From: the human T2T-CHM13v2.0 reference genome, Homo sapiens | Strand: one strand, 5' to 3' | Length of the DNA: 64,000 bases | Assembly: GCF_009914755.1 (NCBI RefSeq) | Contig: NC_060928.1 | Shown here: positions 46,811 to 61,726 of the stretch, in pieces | Layout of the letters: each line of letters begins with the position of its first letter | How positions within the stretch are numbered: the first letter of the stretch is position 1 | Made by a program: the position numbers and the translations under genes | The notes under the pieces: model-generated | What the model was told of the DNA's origin: nothing | The model's database searches: none | Seen by the model: the letters and a program-made list of their open reading frames with translations, nothing else

Positions 46811-49148
46811 CTAGACTTCAGACTACTTCCTTTGAGCACACTGCAAACATAATTTCAATAGAAAGATTAAAAGTTCAAACTTAGCAAATGATTGGCCATG
46901 AGTTCTAGCTTTGAACCTGGAAAAGAGTTAATTCCCACATTCACATCTAAACCATTGTGCTGACACATTTAGCGTAATACTTTCAGAAGTTACACTCAAT
47001 TCTCATCTAGAGTAAGGCAGAGCAAGATGGCCTAATAGAAGGCTCCACTGATTGTCACCACTCCAAGAACACCAATTTAACGACTATCTACACAAAAGAA
47101 GCACTTTTGTAAGAACCAAAAATCAGGTAAGCACTCCCAGTGCCTGGTTTTAACTTCATATTGCTGAAAGAAGCATTGAAAACATAAGAAAGATAAATGT
47201 CTTGCTTCTGTCTATTGTCAGCCTGCGCCGCCTCCCCGCAGCAGTGGCCATGTGGTGTGGACAGAGACTCTGTGTAATTGATAGAGGAAGAGCCCAGCAA
47301 TTGAACAACGTTGCAATAAACTCTCTGCTTCCCTGTCATAGCAGATGTAACTCAGCTGATGACCACCAACAGTGGAAGCATTTAGACCAGCCCTAGCCAC
47401 AGGGGAATTGCTAATCCCAGTGGTCAGAACTTCTGACATGCCTTGCCATAGTGAGCTAAAGTACTATGGGGCACTAAATAAACTTGAAAGGCAGTATAGG
47501 GAATAAGGACTGCAACTCCAAGGCAAGTTTTAGTGCTGAACTGAGCCCAGAGCCAGTGAACTAGAGAGGCATGTGACCTACTGAGACACAAGCCAGGGTG
47601 GATAAAGGAGTACCACCCTTCTTTCAACCCCAAGCTGCAGAGCTCATTGCTCCAAAAGAGACCCCTCCCTTCCACCTGAAGAGGGAAAAAGGAAGAATAA
47701 AGAGGACTTTGCCTTACATCTTGGATACCAGCTCAGCTACAGCAAGATAAGACACCAGTTAGTCATAGGCCACTTTCCAGGCCCTAGCTTTTGGATGACA
47801 TTTCTGGAAATACCGTGGCCATTAGGAAACCCACTGCCTTGAAAGGAAGAATCTAGTCATGGAAGAACCCATCACTTGCTGACTAATGAGCCTTTTGACC
47901 CTGAATAACCATCAGTGATACCCAGGTAGTATGCTGTGGGCCTTGGGTGGGATCTGAGACATGTGAGACTCAGCACATTCCCAGCCCACTGCCCCAAAGG
48001 GTGAGACCCCAGACAGGCAACTTAAACCCCAAACTGATTGAAGCCTTCTTCAGCTTTAAGAAAACTTTGGTGGTAGTCTGGCAGTACTCACTGCGGGCCT
48101 GTGGTGGCAGTGGCCACAGGATGAGACTCCTGTGCCTATGCAAAGGGGAGGGAAGAGTGGGAAGGATTACATCTCTTGGTGAGAGTGTAAGCTTAGCCAA
48201 GGTAGAATAGAACACCAGGTAAATTCCTGTTATATTGACTTCAGTCCCTGGCTGCTAGGCAGCATCTCTGAACCCACCTGGGGCCTGAAAGAACTTGCTT
48301 CCCTGAAGGGAAACACATAAACCCAGTTGGCTTTGCCACCTGCTGATTGTAGAGCCCAAGGGCCTTGAGTAAACTTAGGTGGTATCTAGGTAGTGGTGAC
48401 AGCAGGCCTTGGGGGAGGCCCAGTGCTGTGCCGGTTTCAAGTCTAAACCAGCACAATTCCAGTAGTGGTGGACACAGGAATGCTTGTGTTTCTCCACCCC
48501 CAGTTCTAGAAGACCTAGACCATAGAGAAAAACTCCATTTGTTTGAAAAAATGTAAGAGAAAAGAACAATAGTCACTGTCTAGTAATCCAGAGAATTTTT
48601 CCAGATCTTATGCAAGACCACCAAGATGGTACATCTAATGAGTCTGAAAGAATCACAGCATTATTGGGTTTGGGGCCCAAGTCTCCTTAAATACCTGAAA
48701 AGCCTTCATGAGAAGGATGGGCACAAACAGTTCCAAATTATGAAGACTACAATAAATGCTGAACGCTCCGGTGCCCAGACTCTGACCAAAATTTGCAAGC
48801 ATCAAGACTATACAGGAGAACATGACCTCACCATATGAACTAAATAATGCAATTGGGACAAATGCTGGGGAAACAGAGATATGTAACTTTTCAGACAGAG
48901 AATTCAAAGTACCTTTGTTGAGGAAATTCAAAGACATTCGAGATAACAAATAAAAAGAATTCAGAATTTGGTCTTATAAATTTAACAAAGAGATTGAAGT
49001 TATTTAAATGAATGAAGCAGATATTCTGGAGTTCAGATGCAATTGACATACTGAAGAATACATCAGAGTCTCTTAATAGCACATTTAAACAAGCAGAAGA
49101 AAGAATTAGTGAGCTTGAAGACAGGCTGTTTGAAAATATAGTCAGAGG

Positions 49149-49555
49149 TGGATTAAGAAAATTTGGCACATATACACCATGGAATACTATGCAGCCATAA
49201 AACAGGATGAGTTCATGTCCTTTGTAGGGACATGGATGAAGCTAGAAACCATCATTCTGAGCACACTATCTCAATGACAGAAAACCAAACACCACATGTT
49301 CTCACTCATAGGTGAGAATTGAACAATGAGAACACTTGGACACAGGGTGGGGACATCACACACCGGGGCCTGTCATGGGGTCGGGAGGGAGGGGAGAGGG
49401 ATAGCATTAGGAGATATACCTAATGTAAATGACGAGTTAACAGGTGCAGCACACCAACATGACACATGTATACATATGTAACAAACCTGCACGTTGTGCA
49501 CATGTACCCTAGAACTTAAAGTATAATAATAATTAAAAAAAGAAAGAAAGAAAAA
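49149..49555 (+). mobile_element. 5'-truncated L1PA5-like
   Basis: 17-bp TSD gaaaata(t/c)agtcagagg at 49132-49148 and 49556-49572. Confidence 0.93.
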
Positions 49556-49675
49556 GAAAATACAGTCAGAGGATACAAAAGCAAAAAGAATAAAAAAAAA
49601 TGAAGCACACCTACAAGATCTAGAAAATACCTTCAAGAAGTAAAATGTAAGTTATTGGCTTAAAAAGGACGTAGA

Positions 49676-50775
49676 CAAATACCATTCTGGACTTAGGAAC
49701 AGGCAAAGATTTCATGACAAAGACACCAAAAGCAATTATAACAAAAGCAAAAATGGACAAATGGGATATAATTAAACTAGAGGATTTCCGCACATCCAAA
49801 GAAACTATCCACAGAGTACACAGACAACCTACAGAGTAAGAGAAAAAAAATTGCCGACTATGAATCTGACTAAGGTCTAATATCCAGCATCTATAAGGAA
49901 CTTAAACAAATTTACAAGAAAAAAACCAACCCTATTAACAAGTGGGCAAAGGACATGAACAAACACTTTTCATAAAAAGACATACATGTAGCCAACAAAC
50001 ATATTTTACAAAGCTTAACATCACTGATATTAGAAAAATGTAAATCAAAACCACCATGAAATACCATCTAACACAAGTCAAATTGGCTATTATGAAAAAG
50101 TCAGTAACAGATGCTGGCAAGGTTGCAGAGAAAAAGGAATGCCTATATACTGTTGGTGAGAGTGTAAATTAGTTCAACCATTGTGGAAAACAATATGGTG
50201 ATTCCTCAGAGAGCTAAAAACAGAACTAATATTCAACCCAGCAATCCCATTACTGGGTAAACCCCCAAAGGAATAGAAATTGTTCTATCATAAAGACACA
50301 TGCATGGGTATGGTTATCTCAGCACTATTCAAAATAACAAAGACACGAAATAAACCTACATGTCCATCAAATACAGACTGAATTTGAAAATGTGGTACAT
50401 ATACACCATGGAATACTATACAGTCATAAAAAAGAATGAGATAATGTCTTTTGCAGGAATATGAATAAATTCAGGAGGCCATTATACTTAGCAAGCTAAT
50501 GCAGAAACAGAAAACCAAATACTGTATGTTCTCCCTTGCAAGTGGAAGCTGAAAGTTAAGAACACACAAACATATAGAAGTGAACAACAGATACTTGGGT
50601 CTACCAGAGGGCACAGGGTGGGATGAGGGAGTGGTTCAGGAAAAATAACTAATGGGGACTAGCCTTAACACCAGGGTGATGAAAGATACTGTGTAACAAA
50701 CTTCCATGACATGTTTACCTATATGACAAACTTGCACAAGTACCCCGAACTTGAAATAAGAGAGGAAAAAAAAAG
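49676..50775 (+). mobile_element. 5'-truncated L1PA15/16-like
   Basis: ORF2 3' end plus 3' UTR inserted in L1MA ORF1. Confidence 0.85.
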
Positions 50776-52539
50776 AGCTAGAGAAAGAGATAGGGGTAGA
50801 AAGTTTATCCAAAAGGATAATATCAGAGAGCTTACAAAACCTAGAGAAATGTATCAAAATTCAACTACAAGAGAGTTGTGGAGCACCAAGCAGATTTATC
50901 CCCACCAAAAAACACTACCTCAAGGCACTTACTAAAACTACCAACCATCAAGTGTAAAGAAACTGTGCTAAAGGCAAATAACACATAATGGAGCTCCAAT
51001 ATGTCTGACAGCAGACTTTTCAGTGGATACCTTACAGTCCAGGAGAGAGTGCCATAACATATTTAATGTGAGGAGGGAAAAAACTTTTACCATAGAATAG
51101 TACATCTGGGAAAATATAGTTTAAGCATGAAGGAGAAATAAAGATGTTTTTAGACAAATAAAAGCTGAGGGATTTCCTCAACACCAGACGTGTTCTACAA
51201 AAAATCCTAAAAGGAGTTCTTTAATTTGACAGAAAATAATATTGATAAGCAATAATCTGAAAGTTAAAAATTCATTGGTAATAGCACACAGGAAAAAGCC
51301 AGAATATTATAACACTAGAATCTTGGTGTGTAAAATTTTCTTATGTTAAGTAGAAAGACTAAACAATGAAGCAATAAAAATAATAACTAAAACAATTTTC
51401 CAAGGTCTAGGCAGTAAGACATAAATAGAAACAACAAAAAGATAAAAAGTGGGAGACAAAGTTTAAGTATAGAATTTTCATTAGTTTTCTTTTTACTTAT
51501 TTGATTATTTGTTCAATCAGTATTAAGTTGTGATCAGTTTAAATTAAGGGGTTATAAGATAGCATTTGTAAGCCTCATGGTAACCTCAAATTGAAAAAAC
51601 GTACAATGGATACACAAAAGTAAAAAGGAAGAAATTAAGTTATACACCAGAGAAAATCACCTTTACTAAAAAGAAGATAGGAAAGAAGGAAAAAAGAAAC
51701 TGAAGACCAAAAAGCAACCAGAAAACAAATAAGAAAATGGCAGGAGTATTTTCTTATTCATAATAATATTGAATGTTAATGGACTAAACTCTCCAATCAA
51801 AAGACATAGACTTGTTAAATGAATATAAACAAACAAGACCAAATGATCTGTTGCCTACAGGAAACACATATCACCTATAAAGACACACAAACACTAAAAA
51901 TAAAGGGAAGGAAAAAGTTATGCATTGCCAATGGAAACCAAAAAAGGGCAGGAGTAGCTATGCTTATATCAGGTCAAAAATATTTCAAGGCAAAAACTGT
52001 AGAACAAAGGAAGTTATTACATAAAGATAAAGGGGTTAATTCAGCAAGAGAAGGGAGCAATTATAATATATATGCATCTAACACTAGAGCATGCAGATAT
52101 ATAAAGTAAATATTATTAGAGCTAAAAAGGAAGATAGACTTCCATACAAAAATAGCTGGAGACATCAACACCCCACTTTTAGCACTGAACAGATTATACA
52201 GTCAGAATGTTAACAAAGGAACACTGGACTTAATTTGCACTATAAAACAAACAGTACTAGTAGATATTTAGAGAACATTTTATCAAAAGGCTACAGAATA
52301 GACATTCTTCTCCTCAGCACACAAATCATTCTAAAGAATAGACCATATGTTAAGTTACAAAACAAATGTTAAAATATTCAAAAAAATTGAAACAGTATCA
52401 AGCATCTCTTATGACCAAAATGGAATAAAACTAGAAATTAACAATGAGAGAAACTTTAGAAACACATGGAAATTAAACAGCATGCTTCTGAATGATTAGT
52501 AATGAAATTAAGGTCAATAATGAAATTAAGAAAGAAATG

Positions 52540-53006
52540 TGTAGATCGGTCAGGGTGGTGGGAAAAATTATAGGAAAGATGAAAACCTTCTTGGAAGGCC
52601 TGGAGGTTTTGCAAAAGCTTCGGGAGAGAATTCTGGCTGAAAGAAGCCAAATTCTCTCATCCAGAGGCTGAGAGCAAAGGGCAGATAACAAGGGAATGTA
52701 AAGAAACTTATCTAGATAAATTGGTTTACTTATGTCTCCGGAAACCAACCCTTGATCATTTGCATACAGGACTGCTCTCTACTCAGGGGATCAACAATAT
52801 TAATTACTGACAAGTTGTATTTGCTCCAAGCCGCTGTCATTAAATCTGTACTAAATAAATCCGAGGGTCACCGGCTTATGGGGGCTGCACTCTTGTCAGT
52901 GGTGCTAAGCTGTGCAGTCCCCCAGCCATGCTCTCAGTCAAAATGCCTGTGTCATCATACTCCTTTCATCCGTCGCTTGGCCAGAGTCTGTGGGACACAC
53001 TCAGCA
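52540..53006 (+). mobile_element. LTR22 solo LTR (HERV-K HML-5)
   Basis: tgtagatcggtcagggtggtggg...cactcagca; exact 6-bp TSD gaaatg at 52534-52539 and 53007-53012. Confidence 0.85.
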
Positions 53007-55334
53007 GAAATGTAAAAATTGCTTGAAACAAATGATAATAGAAACACAACATACCAAAATCTATGGGATACAGCAAAAACAGTACTAAGTGGAAAATTTA
53101 TAGATAAAAATGCCTACATCAAAAACGATGAAAAATTTCAAATAAACAACCTATTGATGTATCTTACATAACTAGCAAAATAAGCGATTACACACTCAAA
53201 AGTAGTAGAAGAAAATATGTATAAAGATTAGAGAAGAAATAAATGAATTTAAAATGAAGAAAACATTAAAAAAGAAGATAAAAGTTTCATTTAATGAAGA
53301 AAAAGTTTATTTTTTGAAAAGATAAGTAAAATTGACAAACCAATAGCTAGATTAAGAAAAAAAGAGACGTCCCAAGTAAATGATATCAGAGATAAAAAAG
53401 GAGACTGATACCACGTATATTCAAATACTCATTAGTAGCTACTATGAGCAACTGTATGCAACAAATTGGAAAATCTAGAAGAAATGGATAAATAACTTGA
53501 CAAATACAACCTACAAAGACTGAACTAGGAAGAAATCCAAAACCTGAAAAGATTAATAACAAATAACTACATTGAATCCACAATAAAATGTCTCCCAGTA
53601 AATAAAAGCCTGGGATCCAATGACTTCACTGCCGAATTTTGAACCAAACATTTAAAAAAAGAACTAATATCAATTATACTAAAAGTATTCTAAGAAATAG
53701 AGAAAGAAGGAATTCTTCCAAGCTTATTCTATGAGGCCAGTGTTACCCAGATATCAAAAACAAAACAAAACAAAACATAATAAACAGACACTTCAAATAA
53801 AAGAAAAAGTAAACTATGACCAATGTATATAATGAATATTCATGTAAAAATCCTCAGTAAGATACTAGCAAACCAAATTCAACAATACATTAGAAAGATT
53901 ATTCATCATGACTAAGAAGAGATGCAAAGATGGTTCAACATATGCAAATCAATTAAAGTGATACAGCATTTCAACAGAATGCAAGGTGAAAACCATATAA
54001 TTATTTCAATTGATGCTGAAAAAGCATTTAATATAATTCAATATCCCTTCATGACAAAAAGCCTCAAAAACCTGGGTATAGAGAAAATATAACTCAACAT
54101 AATAAAAGCCATATATGACGGGCCCACAGCTAGTATCATACTGAATAGAGAAAAACTGATAGCCTTTCCTCTAAGATTTGGAATAGGGCAAGGATGCCTG
54201 TTGTCATGAATGTTATTCAAGACAGTACTGGAATTCCTAGCTAGTGCAATTAGACAATAGGAAGAAACAAAGAGTATACAAATTGAAAAGGGAGAAGTCA
54301 AATTCTCCTTGTTTTCAGATTGGTATGGTCTTATATTTTGAAAAACCTAAAGACTGCACCAAAAATCTATTAGAACTGATAAACAAATTCAGAAAAGCTG
54401 AAGAATTCAAAATCCACATACAAAGTTCATTAGCATTTCTTCATGCCAACAGTAATCAATCTGAAAAATAAATCAAGAAAGTAATCCTATTTCTAACAGC
54501 TACAAATAAAATAAAATACTTATGAATAAACTTAACCAAAGAAGTGAAAGATCTCTACAATGAAAATTATAAAACATTGATGATTGGAATTGAAGAGGCT
54601 ACAAAAAATTAAAAGATATTTCATGTTCATGGATTGCAAGAATCAACATTGTTAAAATGTTCATACTACCCAAACAAATCTACAGATGTAATGTAATCTA
54701 TACCAAAATACAAATGACATTTTTTACAGCAATGTGTAAAACAATCCTAAAATTTATAAGGAACCACAAAAAACCCAGAGTAGCCAAAGTTCTTCTGAGC
54801 CAAAAGAACAACACTGGAAGACTCACATTATCTGACTTTAAATTATAGTACAGGCCTATAGCAACCAAAAACAGCAAGTCATAAAAACAGACAATAGATC
54901 AGTGGAACAAAATAGAGAACCCAGTGATGTACCCAAACATCTACAGTAAGCCTATTACTGACAGAGTTTCATAGAATGTACATTGGGAAAGGTGCAGTCT
55001 CTTCAATAAATGGTGCTGGAAAAACTGGATATCCATATGCCAAAGAATAAAACTATACCTCTATCTCTTGTCATATATAAAAATCTAATCAAGGTGAATT
55101 AAGACTTTTAGATCTGAAACTCTGAAACCACTACAAAAAAATCATTGGGGAAAATATACAGGACATTGGTTTGGGCAAACATTTCTTGAGTAACAACCCA
55201 CAGATACAGGTAACAAAAAAAAATGGACAAATTGAATCACATCAAGTTAAAAAGCTACTGCTCAGCAAAGGAAACATGCAGCAAAGTGAGAGACAAACCA
55301 CAGAATAAGAGAAAATATTAGCAAACTACCTGCC

Positions 55335-55730
55335 TGTGGTAGTCAGTTCTCACATTATTATACAGAACTATCTGAGACTGGGCAATTTATAAGAAAAGAG
55401 GATTAATTGACTCACAGTTCCACCAGCTGTAAAGGAGGCATGGCTGGGGAAGCCTCAGGAAACTTACAGTTATGGCAGATGGGTGAAGGAGAAGCAAGCA
55501 CATTTTCACATGGTGGTAGGAAAAAGACAGAGTGAAGGGGAAGGTGCTGCACACTTTTAAACAACCAGATCTCAGGAGAACTCAATTATGAGGCAGCCCT
55601 AGTGGGGAGGCGCTAAACCATTAGAAATCACCCCTATAATCCAATCACCTCGCACCAGGCCCTACCTCCAACATTGGGGATTACCACTCAACGTGAGATT
55701 TGGGTGTGGACACCGAGCCAAACCATATTA
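55335..55730 (-). mobile_element. MSTA-like solo LTR
   Basis: tgtggtagtcagttctcac...gagccaaaccatatta. Confidence 0.88.
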
Positions 55731-56684
55731 CCATCTAACAAGGGATTAACACCCAGAATACATAAAGGGCTCCAACAACTCTATGGAAAAAATTAATAAT
55801 ACGATCAAAAACTGGGCAAATGATTTGAATAGACATTTTTCATAAGTAGACTTAGAAAAGGCCAAGAGGCATATAAAAAGGTGCTCAACAGCATTGATCA
55901 TCAGAGAAATGCATATCAAAACTATAATGAGATATCTCACTCCAGGTAAATAGCTTATATCCAAAAGACAGGCAATAACAAATGCTGATGAGTATTTGGA
56001 GAAAAGGGGACCCTCATACACTGTTGGAAGGAATGTAAATTAGCACTACAACTATGGGGAACAGTTTGGAGATACCTCAAGAAACTAAAAATTGAGCTAC
56101 CATATGATCCAGCAATCCAACTTCTGGGTATATGCTCAAAAGAAAGAAAATGAGTATATTGAAGAGATATCTGCACTCCCATCTTTGCTGCAGTACTCTT
56201 CACAATAACCAAGACCTGGAAGCAAACTAAGTGTCCATCAACAAATAAGTGGATAAAGAAAATGTGGTATATATACACAATGGAGTACTATTCAGCTATT
56301 AAAAGTATGAGATACTGTCATTTGCAATAACATAGAAGGAGCTGGAGGTTATTATGTTAAGTGACATAAGCCAGGCATAGAAAGACAAACTTGGCATGTT
56401 CTTACTCAGTTTTTGGAGCTATAAATTAAAATGATTGAACTCATGGAGATGGAGTAGAACAATGGTTACCAGAGGCTATTGGGGGATGAAGGAAAAATGG
56501 GGAGGGTTAATCATTACCAAAAAAACAGAAAGAATAAATAATACCTAGTAACTGGCAGCACAACAGGGTGACTGTAGTAAAAAACAATATATAGTACATT
56601 TAAAAATAACTATAAGAGTATAATTGGATTGTTTGTAACACAAAGGATAAATTCTTGAGGTGATGGATACCCCATTTACCCTGA

Positions 56685-57077
<393 letters not shown>

Positions 57078-57216
57078 TCACAAAAATTAAATATAAAATT
57101 TAAAATATATATTTTCTAAAAAGCACTTGACCGTAACTATTTCCACCATAATCTGCTTATTGTACCACTTCTTCTTTTCTTATTTTCTATCCACTAATAC
57201 ATAATTTCATTTCTAG

Positions 57217-58336
57217 ACTCTTTAGTCCAATAAAGTCTGTTAGTTAAAACTATTGAGAAAGGTAAGGTGATTCTATCATATGTTTTAATATTACTTTTAT
57301 TATTATTTTGAGAAGACAGCGAGGTCTGGAGATTAAAACATTGTATTTGAAGTGAAAATCCATGGGTTTTAAAGTTGAGTCTTCCACCAAGTACTGTGTG
57401 ACATTAGGTAAACGACTTCTTTGAGATTCAGCTGTCCATCTGCAAAGTACAGAAAATACTTATGCTACCTTGCAGGTCTGCTATAAGTTTTAAAATCACT
57501 AGAGTACATAAAAAACATACTAAAAGACTCATAAATTTTAGAGTTATTTATTTGTACTGTTATCCTGCTATAATTTCTCTTTGTTAGGTGCTTTATTTGA
57601 TATTAATCTGTCCTAAAATTTGTCAAAAATCCCCCATCTGAAAATAAGGATTTTTAAGTAGGTATTGCATCAGAGTATGTAAAATGATTAAGGGCACTAT
57701 AAGCACAAAGTAGTCTCTCATTGTTATTTCTTATAATGAAGGTAGGAAGACAATAGCCCAGGTAATTGACTTTCTGCATCTATCTTCAACTTGTCTGGCT
57801 GTGCATTGGCTTATGTCATTTGCTTACTAGAAAGTTGTTGAAGAATTGAGTTAGTTCAGGAACTTGGTTTGGTTTGTAGAAATATGATCTGAAGTTGCAA
57901 AAAGCTGTTGTTAAGTGAATTAGCAGACAAATCATACTATCAGGACATTTTCAACTGTTTTGCTATCCTAGGTGGAACAATTAGTTATTGCTTCGAATGG
58001 TTTTACAGGTATGTTTCATTTATGTTTTATACTCAATCACAGTTCAGTCACATTACCTCGCTTTTCACCAACAGTTATCCCTAGATACACTGAACTTTGT
58101 AAACCAAACTGAACCATCTGTTATATACATAAAACTGAATTTTTGAAATGTTTTCAACCCAGAAAAAACGTGAATGTTTACATTTACTGAAAAATCTTGG
58201 TGATTTGCAACAGTCATTTAAAACCTGTTTCTATAAAGCTATAGTGTGTATAGAGCAAATCGATTCAGGATTATGCTAACTATTCTTCCAACTTATTTAT
58301 CTTCCCTAGTATGAGAGTGATTAGAGAACTCACCAT
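57217..58336 (+). other. Cluster of small exon-like units (57217-57261, 57972-58008, 58310-58336)
   Basis: Each has a polypyrimidine+YAG acceptor and a GTAAGG/GTATGT/GTAAGT donor. The last two join in frame as GGTISYCFEWFYSMRVIRELT. Confidence 0.4.
57320..57530 (+). mobile_element. MIR fragment
   Basis: tactgtgtgacattaggtaa...catctgcaaagt. Confidence 0.6.
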
Positions 58337-59544
58337 GTAAGTTTCGAAGGTCAAGATGTCAAGCCTAACAGCTCAGTTGCTAATAAAAACATTGTCATAA
58401 TCGAAGCTTATTTTGCAAACTTTAAGACAGAGAGATAAACAAATAAATATGATGTTTCATAAGAACTGTGAAGATTAAGGCAGATACCATGTGGCATGAG
58501 TACATGGTGGATGATAGGATTAGATTTGTATTGAAGGGGTGAGATAGGAAGTTACTTTTAGGCGTGGACCCTGAAGAAGGCAGTCCAGCAGGCATGCAAA
58601 AGAACGTGGGTTGCTAGGGAAGGAAATCAATCTGGAGTAGAAAAGATTAAGCAGGACATTGACAATGAACCTAGCCTTGTATTTCTCCCAGGGTTAAATA
58701 TTCCCTAAATATTTAATTAGGAAATCCAAGTTGTATTTTTGATATATTGATTTCTCTATTATTTCAATTCTGCATGTATGTATAGAGAGTTCTAGTAATC
58801 CCTCTTTAAAGTGTGATAAATTTTTTCTCCCTAACTCCTACTCTGCAGCTTCTACTCTTTCCTTTTGACCAAATCACTGTCTTGGCATAGCATTTCATCA
58901 ATTAAACTTCACTACTCACCACAGTCTTCAATAACAACTCACTGGCTTTTCTGTTACCAACAGCCCACCTCTCTCATTTTATAGTAATCCTTGTTGCTTA
59001 CTGATAGCGCTTACTAAACTGTATACTCTAGGAAGATAAAGAGCAAATAAGTCTTGTTCACAGTTGTAATCGTGTTCTCTTTAACGATGTCCAGCACATA
59101 GTGAACTTTCAAAACTCTTTTGGAAAAGAATGCTTGTCTACGTTTATCTCTCCAATAGATTCAATTTAATATCCTTCCCATTAATAAAATACATATTTTC
59201 CATCTTTATACTAGTTTCTACTGTTTCCACACTAGTCTGGACAGTTAGCCTACTAAATGTTTATGTCTCATTACTTAAATTTTGCTTTAACTGAGGTGTG
59301 CAGTTAGTGCTGTGAGATTCCTTCCAAACTCTTGTTTGTTTTTCATATCTTGATACATATTGACCAATTTCTCTCTCTCATGCATTAGAGAGGATTTGAT
59401 TAGATGCCAATTAATTATTTTTAATAATTACCCATGGAATAATTCAGAATAATATTTACGTTCTATAGGCATGCACATCTCTGGGTTTCAATAAGATTCA
59501 TGATTATTTATAAATGAGAATAACACAACTTTGATCCTGTATAT

Positions 59545-59885
59545 TATATTAGTCAGCTTAGGTTTCCATAACAAAATACCTTAAACTGGATGGCTTCTTG
59601 AACAACACACATTTATTTCTCACAATTCTTTAGGCTGGGAAGTGGGAGATCAAGGTTTTGATGAGAAACTTTTTCTGACTTGCTGATGTCTGCTTTCTTG
59701 TTGTATCCTCAGATGAGTATGGAGGAGAGAGAGCTCTCGTGCCTTCCCTTATAACAGCACTAATTCTATAATGGAGCCTTTAATCTCATAACCTAATCAC
59801 CTCCCAAAGTTCCCATGATCAAATACCATTACATTAGGGGTTAGGGCTTCAACATAGGAATTTATAGATATTTCAGTCTACAGCA
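59545..59885 (-). mobile_element. MLT1A-like LTR
   Basis: ccataacaaaatacc...tttatttctcacaattct...gggttagggcttcaacata. Confidence 0.8.
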
Positions 59886-59971
59886 TACCTGTACACATAC
59901 ACATGTACACATACACACATAATTTTTTCCTGTATTTATGATTTGAAGTTGTATTCCTGTTCTGTCTAGAG

Positions 59972-61458
59972 AAAAGCATGGTCTGTGAACCCAATGAGGA
60001 CTCTGGGACAGATTCAAGAAGTCTTCTAGGTTAAAATTATTTTCATGACAATGATAAGACATTTTCTTTTTTCACTTCCTTGTTATTTGCATGGATGGTA
60101 CAAAACAATTATTTGTAAAACTGCTGATGACTTAACATAAATAAAGACTGTAGACAGAATGGGAAATGCACTTTATGCAATTGTATGAGTTGTGAATTGA
60201 ATAAACATTTTTTCTCCTATAGGATGCCAATTTTTACTTGAAAGAATGACTGATACACAAACTGGTTAATCAGAATTGAATACAGACAGACCAGATATTT
60301 TCTCAAGAAGAGTGGGGTAAGCCTGCCATTTTAAGGGAATAACTGACAGGATATGTTGTCAACGACAAAATTTAAGCTTTCAAGCAGTAAGCCAAAATTT
60401 TGGAAAACTTGCTCACATCGAGAGCCTGACAACTTCAAGATTTTCTGAAGAGTTAGGTTATTACATTAACAAATGCCATATTTTCCTGTTGTGTAATAAA
60501 ATATGTCAACATTGAGAACACCTGAGTGACTATGAACCAAGATTTTTACAATGATCAATAAGTGATGTCACAAAAATATGTATTGGTAAGAGATACAATT
60601 AAAGTACAAAAAGGACAATACATTTTTAATTGTAATAGAATATGAAAATTTTATTAAAATATTTTGAAATTCCCCATTGGAATTAACCTATAAAATACAA
60701 CCACATGTTGAGTTTTGGTGTAGTATCAAGGAAAGATACTGAAAATGATCTAACACTATTAAAATATTGCTTTCTTTTATAACTATATACCACTGGGGGC
60801 CACATTTGATTTATAGACACTAACCAATACATATTGAAATACATTGAATATATTCAATGTAAGCAAATGTAAGAATTTTGCTGCCTTCTATTAATCCAGG
60901 CCTTAAAGAGATTCACAAAAATATTGTATAATACTGCTCTTCACATTAATACATATTTTGGTTGGAAAAGACATTTATATAAAAATATTTTACCTATGTT
61001 AACATGTAATGAGTTTATTATTGTTATATTTAAGTAAATTAACATAGTTTTAATTTCTCGTTCTTAATTTTTTAACATTTAAATTCAGAGGTACAAATAC
61101 AGGTTTGTTGAAACTGAACCTCTTCCTTACATCATAGACAGGCATTAACTGGAGATGGAGTCAAGACTTAAATGTAAAACCCAAAACTATGAAAACCCTG
61201 GAAGACAACATAGGCAATACCATTCAAGACATAGGCAAGGGCAATGATCTTACAATGATGGCACCAACAGCAACTGCAACAAAAGCAAAAACTGACAAAT
61301 TGGTTTTACTAATTTTGGTAATAAAATTAGTAATTTTATTAGTAATCTAATATAGTAAATGTTATTATATATAAGCCCCCAAAACAAAAGTTTTTTGAGG
61401 TGCCCATTCATTTTTAATTGTAAAAGTGTTTCTATGGCCAAAACTTTGAGAACTTCTG
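59972..61458. mobile_element. Charlie1-type hAT DNA transposon fossil
   Basis: Flanked by the NTCTAGAN-type 8-bp target (gtctagag / ctctagaa); terminal tttgagaacttctg. Confidence 0.75.
61065..61302. mobile_element. Small inverted/deleted L1PA fragment inside Charlie1
   Basis: Minus-strand 3' terminus (about 61065-61109) fused to a plus-strand ORF2 piece. Confidence 0.7.
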
Positions 61459-61692
61459 CTCTAGAATAAATTTCACTTTGTAGTAAATGTAACAGAACAG
61501 GCAGACATTTTGTTCTATCATCACAAATTGCAAACTTTAAATTGGCTCTTTGGGGAAAAAAACTAGTGGAATATTCTTGTGTTTGCTCATTATTTTAATT
61601 AAACTCATTTTATTCTTTGTTTTTTGACAAGGAGTTTTTTAATGCTTCTCAGATTTACTCAAGTCTACCTTCTGTATTTCCATAACTTAATC

Positions 61693-61695
<3 letters not shown>

Positions 61696-61726
<31 letters not shown>

